A stretch of 64,000 nt of DNA from a virus (lineage: Duplodnaviria; Heunggongvirae; Uroviricota; Caudoviricetes). The translations under genes were made by a program, and so were the position numbers. This document shows, piece after piece, positions 35,528 through 43,810 of this stretch; within the stretch, counting starts at the first letter, position 1; every line of letters begins with the position of its first letter. Below the pieces are notes generated by a model that ran no database searches, was not told the origin of the DNA, and was given only the letters and a program-made list of their open reading frames with translations. The DNA is taken from IMG/VR virus record IMGVR_UViG_2802428818_000001, positions 52,564 through 116,563 of that record, one strand, 5' to 3'.

Positions 35528-35556
35528 TAGCGAAGAAAATCGTGGGATGCTACTGA

Positions 35557-36411
35557 TTACTTGATGTTGAGAAAGGGAGTCGCACTGCCGGGGATGAAGC
35601 TGGTCGGCAGTTTACCATCCCAGCGCTCGGCCTTCGTGAGCTCGACGAGGTTAGGCGATTGTGCCAGAGCGTCAGATTTCGCCTTGATCGCATCAGCCTG
35701 GGCTTCACCGTTGAGGCGCACGGCCTCGGCATTGGCCTTCGCAGTGGCAAGCTGGCTGTCAGCCGCTGCTTGAGCCTGGGTGACGGCAACCTGGGCAAGA
35801 ACCTTCTCGCGTTCCAGCTTTTGCTTTTCAGTCTGAACCAACATTTCAGCTTGGGCACGCTGCTCGGCCGCAGCCTCGACGGCGTCAGAGAAGTTGATGT
35901 TCTCGATGTTCACGCCTTCGACCTTGACCAGACCGACGCCGAGATCAGCGATTGCCTTTGCGACTTCCGTGTTCAAACGCCCTCGCTCTCGGATCGCCGT
36001 GTCAGCGGTGAAGGTGCCGAAGACATTCTTGATCTGCTCGCGGATCTGACGCTTGAGTGCGCGGGTCTCGAGTCCTTCGAGCGTCTGATAGTCGCGATAG
36101 AGCGCTTCAACCTCCTTGTCGGCCGGCACAGCCGCATAGTTGACGGAGAAGGTTACATTGGCAGTCTGACGATCAGCCGTGTAGACCGGCTCTTCCGGAA
36201 ACTCGAGCGCCTGGGTGCGAACGCTGATGACATGAGCGTCATCGAGGAAGGGCTTCTTCCAGTGGAAGCCGGGGCCGGCGACGCTGGCGATCTTGCCCTG
36301 ACTGACAACGACGGCGCGCTCGCCTTCGTCGACCGTGTAGAATGAGCCGCCCAAAACGGACAGCACGAGGATGGCGACAATACCGCCGATGATAAGACCA
36401 ATCTTACCCAT
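35557..36411 (-). CDS. SPFH/band-7 (prohibitin/HflK-like) membrane protein
   Basis: N-terminal TM helix then SPFH core; Ala/Gln-rich coiled-coil tail. Confidence 0.8.
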   Translation of the reverse strand: MGKIGLIIGGIVAILVLSVLGGSFYTVDEGERAVVVSQGKIASVAGPGFHWKKPFLDDAHVISVRTQALEFPEEPVYTADRQTANVTFSVNYAAVPADKEVEALYRDYQTLEGLETRALKRQIREQIKNVFGTFTADTAIRERGRLNTEVAKAIADLGVGLVKVEGVNIENINFSDAVEAAAEQRAQAEMLVQTEKQKLEREKVLAQVAVTQAQAAADSQLATAKANAEAVRLNGEAQADAIKAKSDALAQSPNLVELTKAERWDGKLPTSFIPGSATPFLNIK

Positions 36412-36418
36412 TTATTCT

Positions 36419-36526
36419 TTATCTCCTTGTGGTTTATCCGCACGATTGCGGATGAGTTCGAGCGCCTTTGTGACGCCCATTGCGATGATGCCTGCAACGA
36501 CGCAGGCGCCGATTACTTTCAGCATG
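36419..36526 (-). CDS. small membrane peptide (about 35 aa) upstream of SPFH gene
   Basis: by-eye ORF MLKVIGACVVAGIIAMGVTKALELIRNRADKPQGDKE; AGGAA SD; its stop abuts SPFH SD; coordinates approximate. Confidence 0.3.
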
Positions 36527-36537
36527 GATTAAGGTTC

Positions 36538-36801
36538 CTACTTCTTGGTCGAGCGGCTCGAACTGCTCGGTTTCGGCTTAGCGGGCTTGGTTACAGGCTT
36601 GGCTGCCGGCTTGGATTTCTTCTTTTTGTCAAAGAAGTCCTCGAACTCCGGAAACAGGTTGTCGCAGAAAGCGTCGGACATGCCGGCGTCCTCGCACTCA
36701 TCCTCATCCGCGAAGGTGCGGGTGGGTTGGGGTTGCTGCGGGCGTTGGTCACAACCGCCGAGCAGCACAGCGACAAGCCCGATAGCGATGAGCTTTTCCA
36801 T
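36538..36801 (-). CDS. lipoprotein
   Basis: MEKLIAIGLVAVLLGGC lipobox; Lys/Pro-rich tail. Confidence 0.55.
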   Translation of the reverse strand: MEKLIAIGLVAVLLGGCDQRPQQPQPTRTFADEDECEDAGMSDAFCDNLFPEFEDFFDKKKKSKPAAKPVTKPAKPKPSSSSRSTKK

Positions 36802-36897
36802 CCTAATGTCCTTTCTTAGAGGAGGGAGAAGAGAAAGCAGACGGTGACAATGGCGACGCCAAGCCAGAACATCTGATTGTGGAATCGCCTGTCGGCG

Positions 36898-37833
36898 TCA
36901 CGCTGCCTCGCGGACATATTCGCCGGGGAGGGTCTTGCGATATTGGATCCAGCCGGGGCCGAGATTGCCGGCGAGCGAGGGGTTATCCCACTGCCAGAAA
37001 GACTTGCGCGAGGCGGGTCCGCGCGAAGCGTCAACGCAGGTGGCGCCGGTGTCAGGCGTTGCCTGGTGTTCGGCCGGCGAAGCGTGCAGCGGCGACGAGC
37101 CCACGAGCATGTCGTAGCGCTCAAGCTCCTTCTCGATCGAGGCATCGCCGTCGAACGGTGCATAGGAGATTCGGGCGCAGCGGGCGACCGAGAGCTTTTG
37201 GCAGATATCAAGCGGAAGCGTGTCGCGCTCTTCGCGCGTGACATAGGGCAAATGCCACTCACCGGGGTTCAGACCGCGAACCGGCGTGTTCTTGATCGCG
37301 TCGCGGATCATACGAGCGAGATCCTGGAAGTGCGGCTCAGCCGCCTCGTGATCGCGCAGATGCAGGAAGTTCGCCCAGTCCGTCGAGGTGATCAGCGTGT
37401 CGATCCAGGAGAATGGCTCGATCAGACGATTGGCGACCTGCTTGTGATAGCCAGCCTCGGCGAATGCCTCTGCCATGTCTGCTGCCTGGTGAGCGGCGAT
37501 GCGCCAAGCTTCCTCTCGGTGGAGAGAGTAGCCGCCGTCTGGCCCCGGCATGAAGACTTTACCAGTCCACTCTTCGGATGCCTGCATCCCCTTCTGGTTC
37601 TTGCCCCAATGCCAGGGAACAAAAGGCGTCTCGCGGATCTCCTTCAGCATCGTCGCGACCGGCACGGCGCGCGAGGAGCGAGCATTCCGGCTGAAGACGC
37701 GATGCGTCATGATCTCGCCGTGAATGATGCGCGGGTAGCGCGCATGGATGGTGAAGATGGACGGCGCCTGACTCAGCCAGGGCATCGGCGTGGACGCAGC
37801 CACGACCTTAACGAACATTTGGTCCTTGCTCAA
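36898..37833 (-). CDS. thyX: flavin-dependent thymidylate synthase
   Basis: RHRVFSRNARSSR ThyX signature (RHR-x7-S). Confidence 0.9.
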   Translation of the reverse strand: MSKDQMFVKVVAASTPMPWLSQAPSIFTIHARYPRIIHGEIMTHRVFSRNARSSRAVPVATMLKEIRETPFVPWHWGKNQKGMQASEEWTGKVFMPGPDGGYSLHREEAWRIAAHQAADMAEAFAEAGYHKQVANRLIEPFSWIDTLITSTDWANFLHLRDHEAAEPHFQDLARMIRDAIKNTPVRGLNPGEWHLPYVTREERDTLPLDICQKLSVARCARISYAPFDGDASIEKELERYDMLVGSSPLHASPAEHQATPDTGATCVDASRGPASRKSFWQWDNPSLAGNLGPGWIQYRKTLPGEYVREAA

Positions 37834-38054
37834 AGCGAGGCTCCTGCGGGTTTGGTGTTAAGAATTGCTTCGGCGACCTCGAGCAGGCCTTCCGGTGCTT
37901 CGTTCTTTTTGTCCTTGGTGACTGCGACACGATCCCAGACGAGATCGCCGAGGGTCTTCATGTCGCGATAGGAGAGCTTCTGGATCAAGCCGGCGATGTG
38001 CTTCAGCTTGTTCTCTTCCTTCGGCTCAGTCGTCGTGGTGATTCTGCGGTCCAC
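37830..38054 (-). CDS. hypothetical protein
   Basis: GTG start with AAAGGAG 8 nt upstream; overlaps end of the 38026..38238 ORF. Confidence 0.4.
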   Translation of the reverse strand: MDRRITTTTEPKEENKLKHIAGLIQKLSYRDMKTLGDLVWDRVAVTKDKKNEAPEGLLEVAEAILNTKPAGASL

Positions 38055-38238
38055 GGTTGAGACTCCTTTCGAGGTCTGCGGCATCGTCCGAGCGCTCTGC
38101 GGCTTCGGCGCGCCTGCCATTGATGAAAAGGGTGGTTGCTTCTTCGCGAAGAGCGCTGAGCTTGCGGCGCTGCTCCATTTCCCAGGCCCAGGAGCCGACG
38201 TAAGGCGTGATTGGTTTGCCGTTCGTCGAGAGGCCCAT
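38026..38238 (-). CDS. hypothetical small protein
   Basis: 70 aa; TAATG overlap with upstream stop. Confidence 0.3.
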   Translation of the reverse strand: MGLSTNGKPITPYVGSWAWEMEQRRKLSALREEATTLFINGRRAEAAERSDDAADLERSLNRGPQNHHDD

Positions 38239-38507
38239 TAAGCGAACCTCGGGCCGTCAGTGACTTCCTCGAGGAACACATTGGCGCGGTATTCGACGCC
38301 GTTGTGCGTGAAAGTGGTCGCGATCGTCTGCTTGCCTTCCAGGAAACCGCGAATAACAGCCTTGCCGGAGTTGACGACATCGAGGGCGCGATCGGTAACG
38401 TTCTTCACACGATCGAGCAGATGACACTCCTCGTCGGTGATCTCCGGACGGGCAGGTGCCGGCTCGGGTGTGGGTCGCAGCTTGAATGCAAGAATGGTGG
38501 CAGACAT
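38238..38507 (-). CDS. hypothetical protein
   Basis: trimmed to MSATILAFKL...; GGAG 6 nt upstream; family B motif abuts SD. Confidence 0.55.
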   Translation of the reverse strand: MSATILAFKLRPTPEPAPARPEITDEECHLLDRVKNVTDRALDVVNSGKAVIRGFLEGKQTIATTFTHNGVEYRANVFLEEVTDGPRFA

Positions 38508-38513
38508 GCGCTT

Positions 38514-38536
38514 CTCCTCAATCAAAGTTGACTTAC
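38514..38536 (-). promoter_or_regulatory. family B (CCTCAATCAAAGTTGACTTACTG)
   Basis: abuts GGAG SD of 38507 gene. Confidence 0.5.
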
Positions 38537-38745
38537 TGCGGTAAGGGATTCGAGCCCTTGGGGGCCAGCTACTTGACGGCAGCGCGCCATTTCGCCAGTC
38601 CTCTATCGCTGCTTCACCGTTAGACCACTCCGGCAACCGCAATTCTTAAATGGACAAGTTTGGTATCCCGCCGAGGAGTCGAACCCCTAAAACCTAAGCT
38701 CTGCGCAAAGCGTCGGTTCCTGCTCTCACAAGGCCACCCTCACTA
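38530..38745 (-). ncRNA. tRNA-like element(s): two T-arm + acceptor-3' motifs, one ending ACCA
   Basis: minus-strand GGGGTTCGACTCCTCGGCGGGATACCA and AAGGGCTCGAATCCCTTACCGCAG; second has pairing 5' TTGCGGT; full cloverleaf not closed by eye. Confidence 0.4.
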
Positions 38746-38947
38746 CCGGCAGTCTACAGCGCGCGTATCCTGCTTTCGTCTTCGAGCGACGGGACACCAA
38801 ACCTGTCCTTTATGTGATGGGTGACGCTACTAGAGGACACTCGGAACCAGTCCTCCTTCGTCGCTTTCCGAGCGCGACAGGCTCTCGCCGTCCTCACCCA
38901 TCACATAAAGGCCGGGCTTATTTTCTGACGATCCCGGCTCGTCTTGG

Positions 38948-38965
38948 CTCAATCAATTTGGACTG
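38948..38965 (-). promoter_or_regulatory. family B variant (CTCAATCAATTTGGACTG)
   Basis: intergenic upstream of tRNA-like element. Confidence 0.4.
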
Positions 38966-39028
38966 TATCCGACGGTCACTTAGAACTTGGTCATCAACAC
39001 CTCTTTGTTCGTTTCGCTGCGCTTGTGT

Positions 39029-39068
39029 TCAATCAACATTTACTTACTAGCAAGCGCAGCGATGGGAC
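39029..39068 (-). promoter_or_regulatory. extended family B box (TCAATCAACATTTACTTACTAGCAAGCGCAGCGATGGGA)
   Basis: nearly identical 40-nt box to the one at 61129-61168; no CDS follows, only the tRNA-like element. Confidence 0.55.
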
Positions 39069-39082
39069 TCAAGCGCTATTTT

Positions 39083-39331
39083 TCAGAAATCGTCGTCTTC
39101 CTGCGAAGTGCTCTGCAGGTGCTTCTCGAGATCCTCGAGTCCACCAAGCAACTCGCCGTCGATGAAGACGCGCGGGAAGGAGCGATGACCGGCGTTCTTG
39201 AAGGCTTCGACCTTCTCCGGCGTCTCGTGATCCTCGGTCGTATATGCGAGACCCTTGCGCTCCAAGAGCGCCTTGGTCTTCACGCAGTAACCGCAGGGCG
39301 GCGTGGATCTGATCAGAACATGAATACCCAT
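39083..39331 (-). CDS. glutaredoxin (NrdH-like)
   Basis: CGYC active site, 82 aa; immediately downstream of RNR alpha. Confidence 0.8.
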   Translation of the reverse strand: MGIHVLIRSTPPCGYCVKTKALLERKGLAYTTEDHETPEKVEAFKNAGHRSFPRVFIDGELLGGLEDLEKHLQSTSQEDDDF

Positions 39332-41019
39332 TAGGCTTCGCACGCCACGCAAGACGCATTCGCACGAGCGAGCTCCTGTGCCTTGTTGAGCCCCTTGCGG
39401 TAGTAGAGCGACTTGAGCCCCGACTTCCACGCCAGAATGATCAGATCGATATCATCCTTCATGGTCGCTTCGGGCGGCATGATGATGTTGTGGCTGACGC
39501 CCTGATCGATGAACTTCTGGCGATCGCCGGTCTGCCGGATGAGCTCGGCCTGGTCGATCTCGGCGAACGTCTTGAAGACGGCGCGCTGATGAGGCGACAG
39601 GAACTCAAGATGCTGCACCGAACCGCCTGCCTGAAGAATGGAGATCCAGACGTCATGCGTGTTGCGGCCGAGCGAGGTCAGCAGCTCTTCCAGATGGACG
39701 TTCTTCTGCGTAAACGTGCCCTTGGCATTGTCGTTTTCGAAGATATTTGCCGTCCACGGCTCAATCGACTGCGAGACCTGACCACAGATGATCGAGGAAC
39801 TGGTCGTCGGAGCGATCGCGTTGACCGTGAGGTTGCGATAGCCCGTGCCGATAAGACCTTCCGGCTCGCCAAGAACCTTCGCCAGGTGCTTCGAAGCGGC
39901 ATGGGACTCGTCGGCCACATACTTGTGGACTTCGATGTTCAGCGCACGCGCCTCGTCGCTCTCAATCGCGATCATCTTCGATTGCAGCAGCGAATGCCAG
40001 CCAAGGGTGCCGAGGCCAAGCGCACGCCAGCGAACAGCAAAGCGATGCGCATCAGCGAGCAGCCGGACGCCCTTGGTCTTCTCGATGTATTCGGACATGA
40101 CCGCATCGAGGAGATAGATCATTTCGCGGACGAAGTTCGTGCCCTTCCACTCATCGTAATAGAGCAGGTTGACCGAGGACAGATCGCACACGAAGCTCTC
40201 GTCCGGACCAGACGGCAGGAAGATCTCCGTGCAAAGGTTCGACGCGTAGATCAGCAGGCCAAGGCGCTTCAGGATCTCCGGCCGGCCCATGTTCGCGTTG
40301 TCGCGGAACATGATGTAGGGGAAGCCAGTCTCGCGGCGCTTATTGCGGATCTTCGCCATCAGCTTGCGCTTCGGGCCACCCTTGGGCTCGGCAAGCATTG
40401 CATTCATCCATTCGTCGCCGATGACGACGCCGAACGAAAGATGCTGGATCGGGTGATGCACGCCGCCCGAGATCGAGCGCATGTCGAGCCAGCGCTCGGC
40501 ATCTTCATGCTCGATATCATTCCAGACGGCACAGTTACCGCGGCGCACGTTGCGCTGCGAGACGACCGTTACCTGTTCCTGGGGCAGGCGCGCGAAGTGA
40601 ACCGGGCCTTCCGAGTAGCCACCGCCCGTAATGCTCGCGCCAAACGGCCGCAGCTTGCCCATATAGAGCGAGGTGCCGGCGCCTTCCTTCGTCATCATGC
40701 CGATCTCGGCATTCTTGTAGAGGATCGAGTCCATGTCGTCGGCCATGAACGAGCCGTTGCACGAGATCGGCAGACCACGTCCGGCGCCGAAATTCGACCA
40801 GATCGGGGAGGCGGGACTCATCCAGCCGCGTTTTGCACCAAGGCGAACGGCAGGCAGTTCGAAACCAAGGATCTCTTCGGCACGGTCAACGATACCGTTG
40901 ACGCGAGCGATCGCCTCGTCTTTGAGGTTTTCAGGGGCAATGCCCTCACGCAAATATCCGCGCGAGAGCGTGAGCAGCGATACCTCATTGAGGTAGGCGT
41001 AGTCTTCACGCATTTTCAT
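39331..41019 (-). CDS. nrdA: ribonucleotide reductase class I alpha subunit (compact, no ATP-cone)
   Basis: ISCNGSF active-site Cys region, C-terminal CVAC pair, 562 aa. Confidence 0.9.
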   Translation of the reverse strand: MKMREDYAYLNEVSLLTLSRGYLREGIAPENLKDEAIARVNGIVDRAEEILGFELPAVRLGAKRGWMSPASPIWSNFGAGRGLPISCNGSFMADDMDSILYKNAEIGMMTKEGAGTSLYMGKLRPFGASITGGGYSEGPVHFARLPQEQVTVVSQRNVRRGNCAVWNDIEHEDAERWLDMRSISGGVHHPIQHLSFGVVIGDEWMNAMLAEPKGGPKRKLMAKIRNKRRETGFPYIMFRDNANMGRPEILKRLGLLIYASNLCTEIFLPSGPDESFVCDLSSVNLLYYDEWKGTNFVREMIYLLDAVMSEYIEKTKGVRLLADAHRFAVRWRALGLGTLGWHSLLQSKMIAIESDEARALNIEVHKYVADESHAASKHLAKVLGEPEGLIGTGYRNLTVNAIAPTTSSSIICGQVSQSIEPWTANIFENDNAKGTFTQKNVHLEELLTSLGRNTHDVWISILQAGGSVQHLEFLSPHQRAVFKTFAEIDQAELIRQTGDRQKFIDQGVSHNIIMPPEATMKDDIDLIILAWKSGLKSLYYRKGLNKAQELARANASCVACEA

Positions 41020-41031
41020 GGTCCTTCTTGA

Positions 41032-42021
41032 TTAAAACTCGTCTTCGTCAGGCTGGTCGGCCTGCTGGTAGCTCGTCGGCTCGGTGTCGAAGAAGTCGAC
41101 CTTGGCCGGCGCGAGCTGTCCGGAAATCATCCAGAATGTGTCTTCGGGGAGCGTCACCGGCACCGCGAACTGAGCCTTGAAGCCGATATCGACCAGGCTG
41201 GAATTGAGCCGTTCGGCCACGTAATGCTTGAGGATCTCGGCGTTGAGCGGATATTCCTTGCCCTGCTCGAAACCGGAGCGGCTGTAATCGCCGACCATCC
41301 AGTCGATCAGTGCTTCTTCAGCCTTCAGGGCTTCGCGCGCCTCGGAAACAACACGGCGCTCGAGCTCGTCGTCGAACAACTCCGGATATTCCTGGCGCAG
41401 GGTATTGATGATCTTGGTGCCGGCCTGGGCGTGCAGAAGCTCTTCATTGCGGGTGTATTTGACCTGCTGAGCCGCATCCGAGAGCAGCTTATGGAAGCGG
41501 TTCAGATGCAGAATGATGAAGAACTGGCTGAAAAGGCTGACATTTTCGACAAACAGCGTGAAGAGGATCAGGCTGTAGATGTATTGCTTCTTGTCGTCGC
41601 CATAGACCTTGTCGTTGTGCTTGGTCAGATAGCCGACACGACCGGCAAGCGCCGGAACGCTCATGTTCTCCTTGAAGACATGGGAGAGGCCCAGCTTCTT
41701 CAGGAGCTTCTCATAGGCGTTGTTGTGGATCACCTCGATATAACCCATCGTGATGCCAAGGTCGGTGATCGAGGGATGCGGCAGATGATCGCCCAGGCGC
41801 GCCCAGAACTTCTTCACCGCAACCTCGATCTGCGCAATGGCAGCCAGGCAGCGAGAGACGACCTGGCGCTCGGCGTCGGTCATGTGAAGCTCGTAGTCGG
41901 TCGCATCGCGGTCGAATGTGAATTTCTTGGCTGTCCAGAAGCCCTCTTGCATGGCCTCGATGAAGCTCTGTGCCCAAGGGTAATGGTCGGGGAGGCGTTC
42001 GACCTGCGGTTCGAAAAGCAT
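41032..42021 (-). CDS. nrdB: ribonucleotide reductase class I beta subunit
   Basis: 329 aa R2 di-iron protein; EVIHNNAYEKLL region; adjacent to nrdA. Confidence 0.9.
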   Translation of the reverse strand: MLFEPQVERLPDHYPWAQSFIEAMQEGFWTAKKFTFDRDATDYELHMTDAERQVVSRCLAAIAQIEVAVKKFWARLGDHLPHPSITDLGITMGYIEVIHNNAYEKLLKKLGLSHVFKENMSVPALAGRVGYLTKHNDKVYGDDKKQYIYSLILFTLFVENVSLFSQFFIILHLNRFHKLLSDAAQQVKYTRNEELLHAQAGTKIINTLRQEYPELFDDELERRVVSEAREALKAEEALIDWMVGDYSRSGFEQGKEYPLNAEILKHYVAERLNSSLVDIGFKAQFAVPVTLPEDTFWMISGQLAPAKVDFFDTEPTSYQQADQPDEDEF

Positions 42022-42062
42022 GGTGTGTCTCGTGATGTTGAATTTGAAAGGGTGCCTATGCT

Positions 42063-42082
42063 AAATCAATATTTACTGACTG
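42063..42082 (-). promoter_or_regulatory. family B (AAATCAATATTTACTGACTG)
   Basis: between RuvC-like gene and nrdB stop. Confidence 0.5.
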
Positions 42083-42105
42083 CATAGGCTTGAATTTTTG
42101 GCGAT

Positions 42106-42681
42106 TTATGCTGCTGCCTTTTGGCTCGCAGCAATGATCGCGATCGCCTGCTTGAAGCTCGGCAGCTTGATGCCGGCATGGCAGACACCAACGCCATCGG
42201 CGAGGTGCTCATTCTTCTGAACCGGCACAAGCACTCCACCGCGCTTCGTCGTCAGCCACGGCGCGGTCGGATAGAGCTTGAAAGCCCAGTCGATCATTTC
42301 TTCCTTGGATGCCGTGCGCGTGCCGACCGCGGCGATCTTCGTCTGCGCCGGAGCGACTTCTTCCGGCACCACGTCGAGCGATGCATAGATACCGATGACG
42401 ATCCCGAAACCGAGCACCGCGTCATAGGATTTTCCGCCGAACGGCACTTCTGCGAAGGTGACGACGCAATCCTTAGTGAACTCGTTGGCTTCAGCCGCGA
42501 GCTTCTTGGCGCGCTCGAAGGTGTCAGACGATGCGCGCATCTTCTTGGTCTGCTCTTTCTCGGTCTCGATCAGCTTTAGATCGAGGACGGACAGGGCGGC
42601 CGTGTTGATATCGTATTCCATTTTCGCAATGCCGAAGTTGCGAAGCGAGCCGTCGAGGCCCGCAATCTTAATCTTGGTCAA
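42106..42681 (-). CDS. RuvC-like Holliday junction resolvase
   Basis: N-terminal IAGLDGSLRNFGIA RNase-H-fold start and C-terminal LADGVGVCHAG. Confidence 0.6.
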   Translation of the reverse strand: MTKIKIAGLDGSLRNFGIAKMEYDINTAALSVLDLKLIETEKEQTKKMRASSDTFERAKKLAAEANEFTKDCVVTFAEVPFGGKSYDAVLGFGIVIGIYASLDVVPEEVAPAQTKIAAVGTRTASKEEMIDWAFKLYPTAPWLTTKRGGVLVPVQKNEHLADGVGVCHAGIKLPSFKQAIAIIAASQKAAA

Positions 42682-42683
42682 TG

Positions 42684-43184
42684 TCAGAACCTTCCGAACA
42701 TGGGGTTGCCTTCATAGGCCTTTGTGGCCTCTTTCTTCTCCTCGAGCGCCAACTGTGCGGCCGCCTCGTCTTCCTTCAGGAGACGGTGCTTCACAGTCGC
42801 GACGATCTCGCGGAAATCCTCGCACTCTTCGATTTCGAGTGCCTCTGCCAGGGACGCGCCGACCAGGGGGAAGACGTTGTCCATCGAGCCTTCGTCCACG
42901 TCGGCCCAATCGTATTCACTCGTCTCGACCGGCGTCACCTTGAAGATGAGCTGGCCCTTGGCGCCGATGTAGAAGTCGGCGATGAAGTGCTCGGAGCTCG
43001 GCAAGAGCGGCTTCTGCCGGTAGCCAGGTCGGGCGTCGTTCTGCTTCATCACAGGGCGGGTATGCACTCCCTCGACAGCAAAAGGCTCATCGAGCACCTT
43101 CAGTGTTTCAAGCAGGCGTTTGCCGGCTCGCTCCGTCAGCGCAAGCTCCTCTTGGCTGATCGGGGTTTTTGTTGCTTTTGGCAT
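42684..43184 (-). CDS. hypothetical protein with C-terminal EGNPMFGRF tail
   Basis: 166 aa. Confidence 0.55.
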   Translation of the reverse strand: MPKATKTPISQEELALTERAGKRLLETLKVLDEPFAVEGVHTRPVMKQNDARPGYRQKPLLPSSEHFIADFYIGAKGQLIFKVTPVETSEYDWADVDEGSMDNVFPLVGASLAEALEIEECEDFREIVATVKHRLLKEDEAAAQLALEEKKEATKAYEGNPMFGRF

Positions 43185-43196
43185 TCAATCCTCGTT

Positions 43197-43216
43197 CAGT
43201 CAGTTTTTACTGACTG
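43197..43216. promoter_or_regulatory. family B hairpin CAGTCAGT-TTTT-ACTGACTG
   Basis: perfect 8-bp arms, 4-nt centre. Confidence 0.5.
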
Positions 43217-43252
43217 CTTAATAGTCAGTTTGGCCTTGGTGTTTCGAAAAAG

Positions 43253-43810
43253 TTACGCGGAGATCGCAGCGCGCAGCTTCACCAGTTCCTCGACGGCAGC
43301 ATCCATGAGCGCGTAGGCTTCCGGCTGAGAACCAGTGATGCCCGCGCCGAGCGCCTTCATCCACTTGTCGAGATCGCCCTCGAAGCGGAGTCGTTCCTGC
43401 TCTTTGGCCTTTCTCAATTCGCCGTTCTTTTCGGCGAGTTCGCGCGCCTTCTTCATCCAGAAGCGCCAGAGAACATTGCCCTCGACGGCTGCCTCGACGC
43501 GCTGATAGGTGCTGCGCGGGCAGGGCGTGAATTTCTTCAAGCGCAGCCGCTCCGCGGTGTTCAGATCGACAGGGTGCTTCCCGAGACCGGCTGCAAAAGC
43601 GAACCGCAGCAACTCTTCCAGGTCGTCGGACTGCACCGCGGCACAATCACTGTCAAATTCGACCAGCTTGCGGATTTCGCAAGCGTAGAACCAGACGCGC
43701 ATGCCGCCCTCGTAGCCGTCAGGCATCTTCGGTGCGGTCTTCTCCCATTCGTCGATCTCATTGGGATGCACCGACCAGAGACGATAAGCGAGTTCATCGA
43801 TATCCTTCAT
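43253..43810 (-). CDS. hypothetical protein
   Basis: trimmed to MKDIDELAYRLW... Confidence 0.5.
   Translation of the reverse strand: MKDIDELAYRLWSVHPNEIDEWEKTAPKMPDGYEGGMRVWFYACEIRKLVEFDSDCAAVQSDDLEELLRFAFAAGLGKHPVDLNTAERLRLKKFTPCPRSTYQRVEAAVEGNVLWRFWMKKARELAEKNGELRKAKEQERLRFEGDLDKWMKALGAGITGSQPEAYALMDAAVEELVKLRAAISA

Noticed and set aside
36816-37262. 148-aa minus-strand ORF rich in Arg/Ser/Pro
   Set aside because: Lies in an alternative frame over thyX (36898..37833) and has non-protein-like composition, so it is an overprinted frame artefact. Only its last 18 codons (a TM-like peptide) fall outside thyX, and they have no SD.
38530-38745. Calling canonical tRNA genes
   Set aside because: T-arm and acceptor motifs are clear, but D and anticodon arms do not close into 74-93-nt cloverleaves by eye. 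Kept as tRNA-like pending tRNAscan-SE/ARAGORN.
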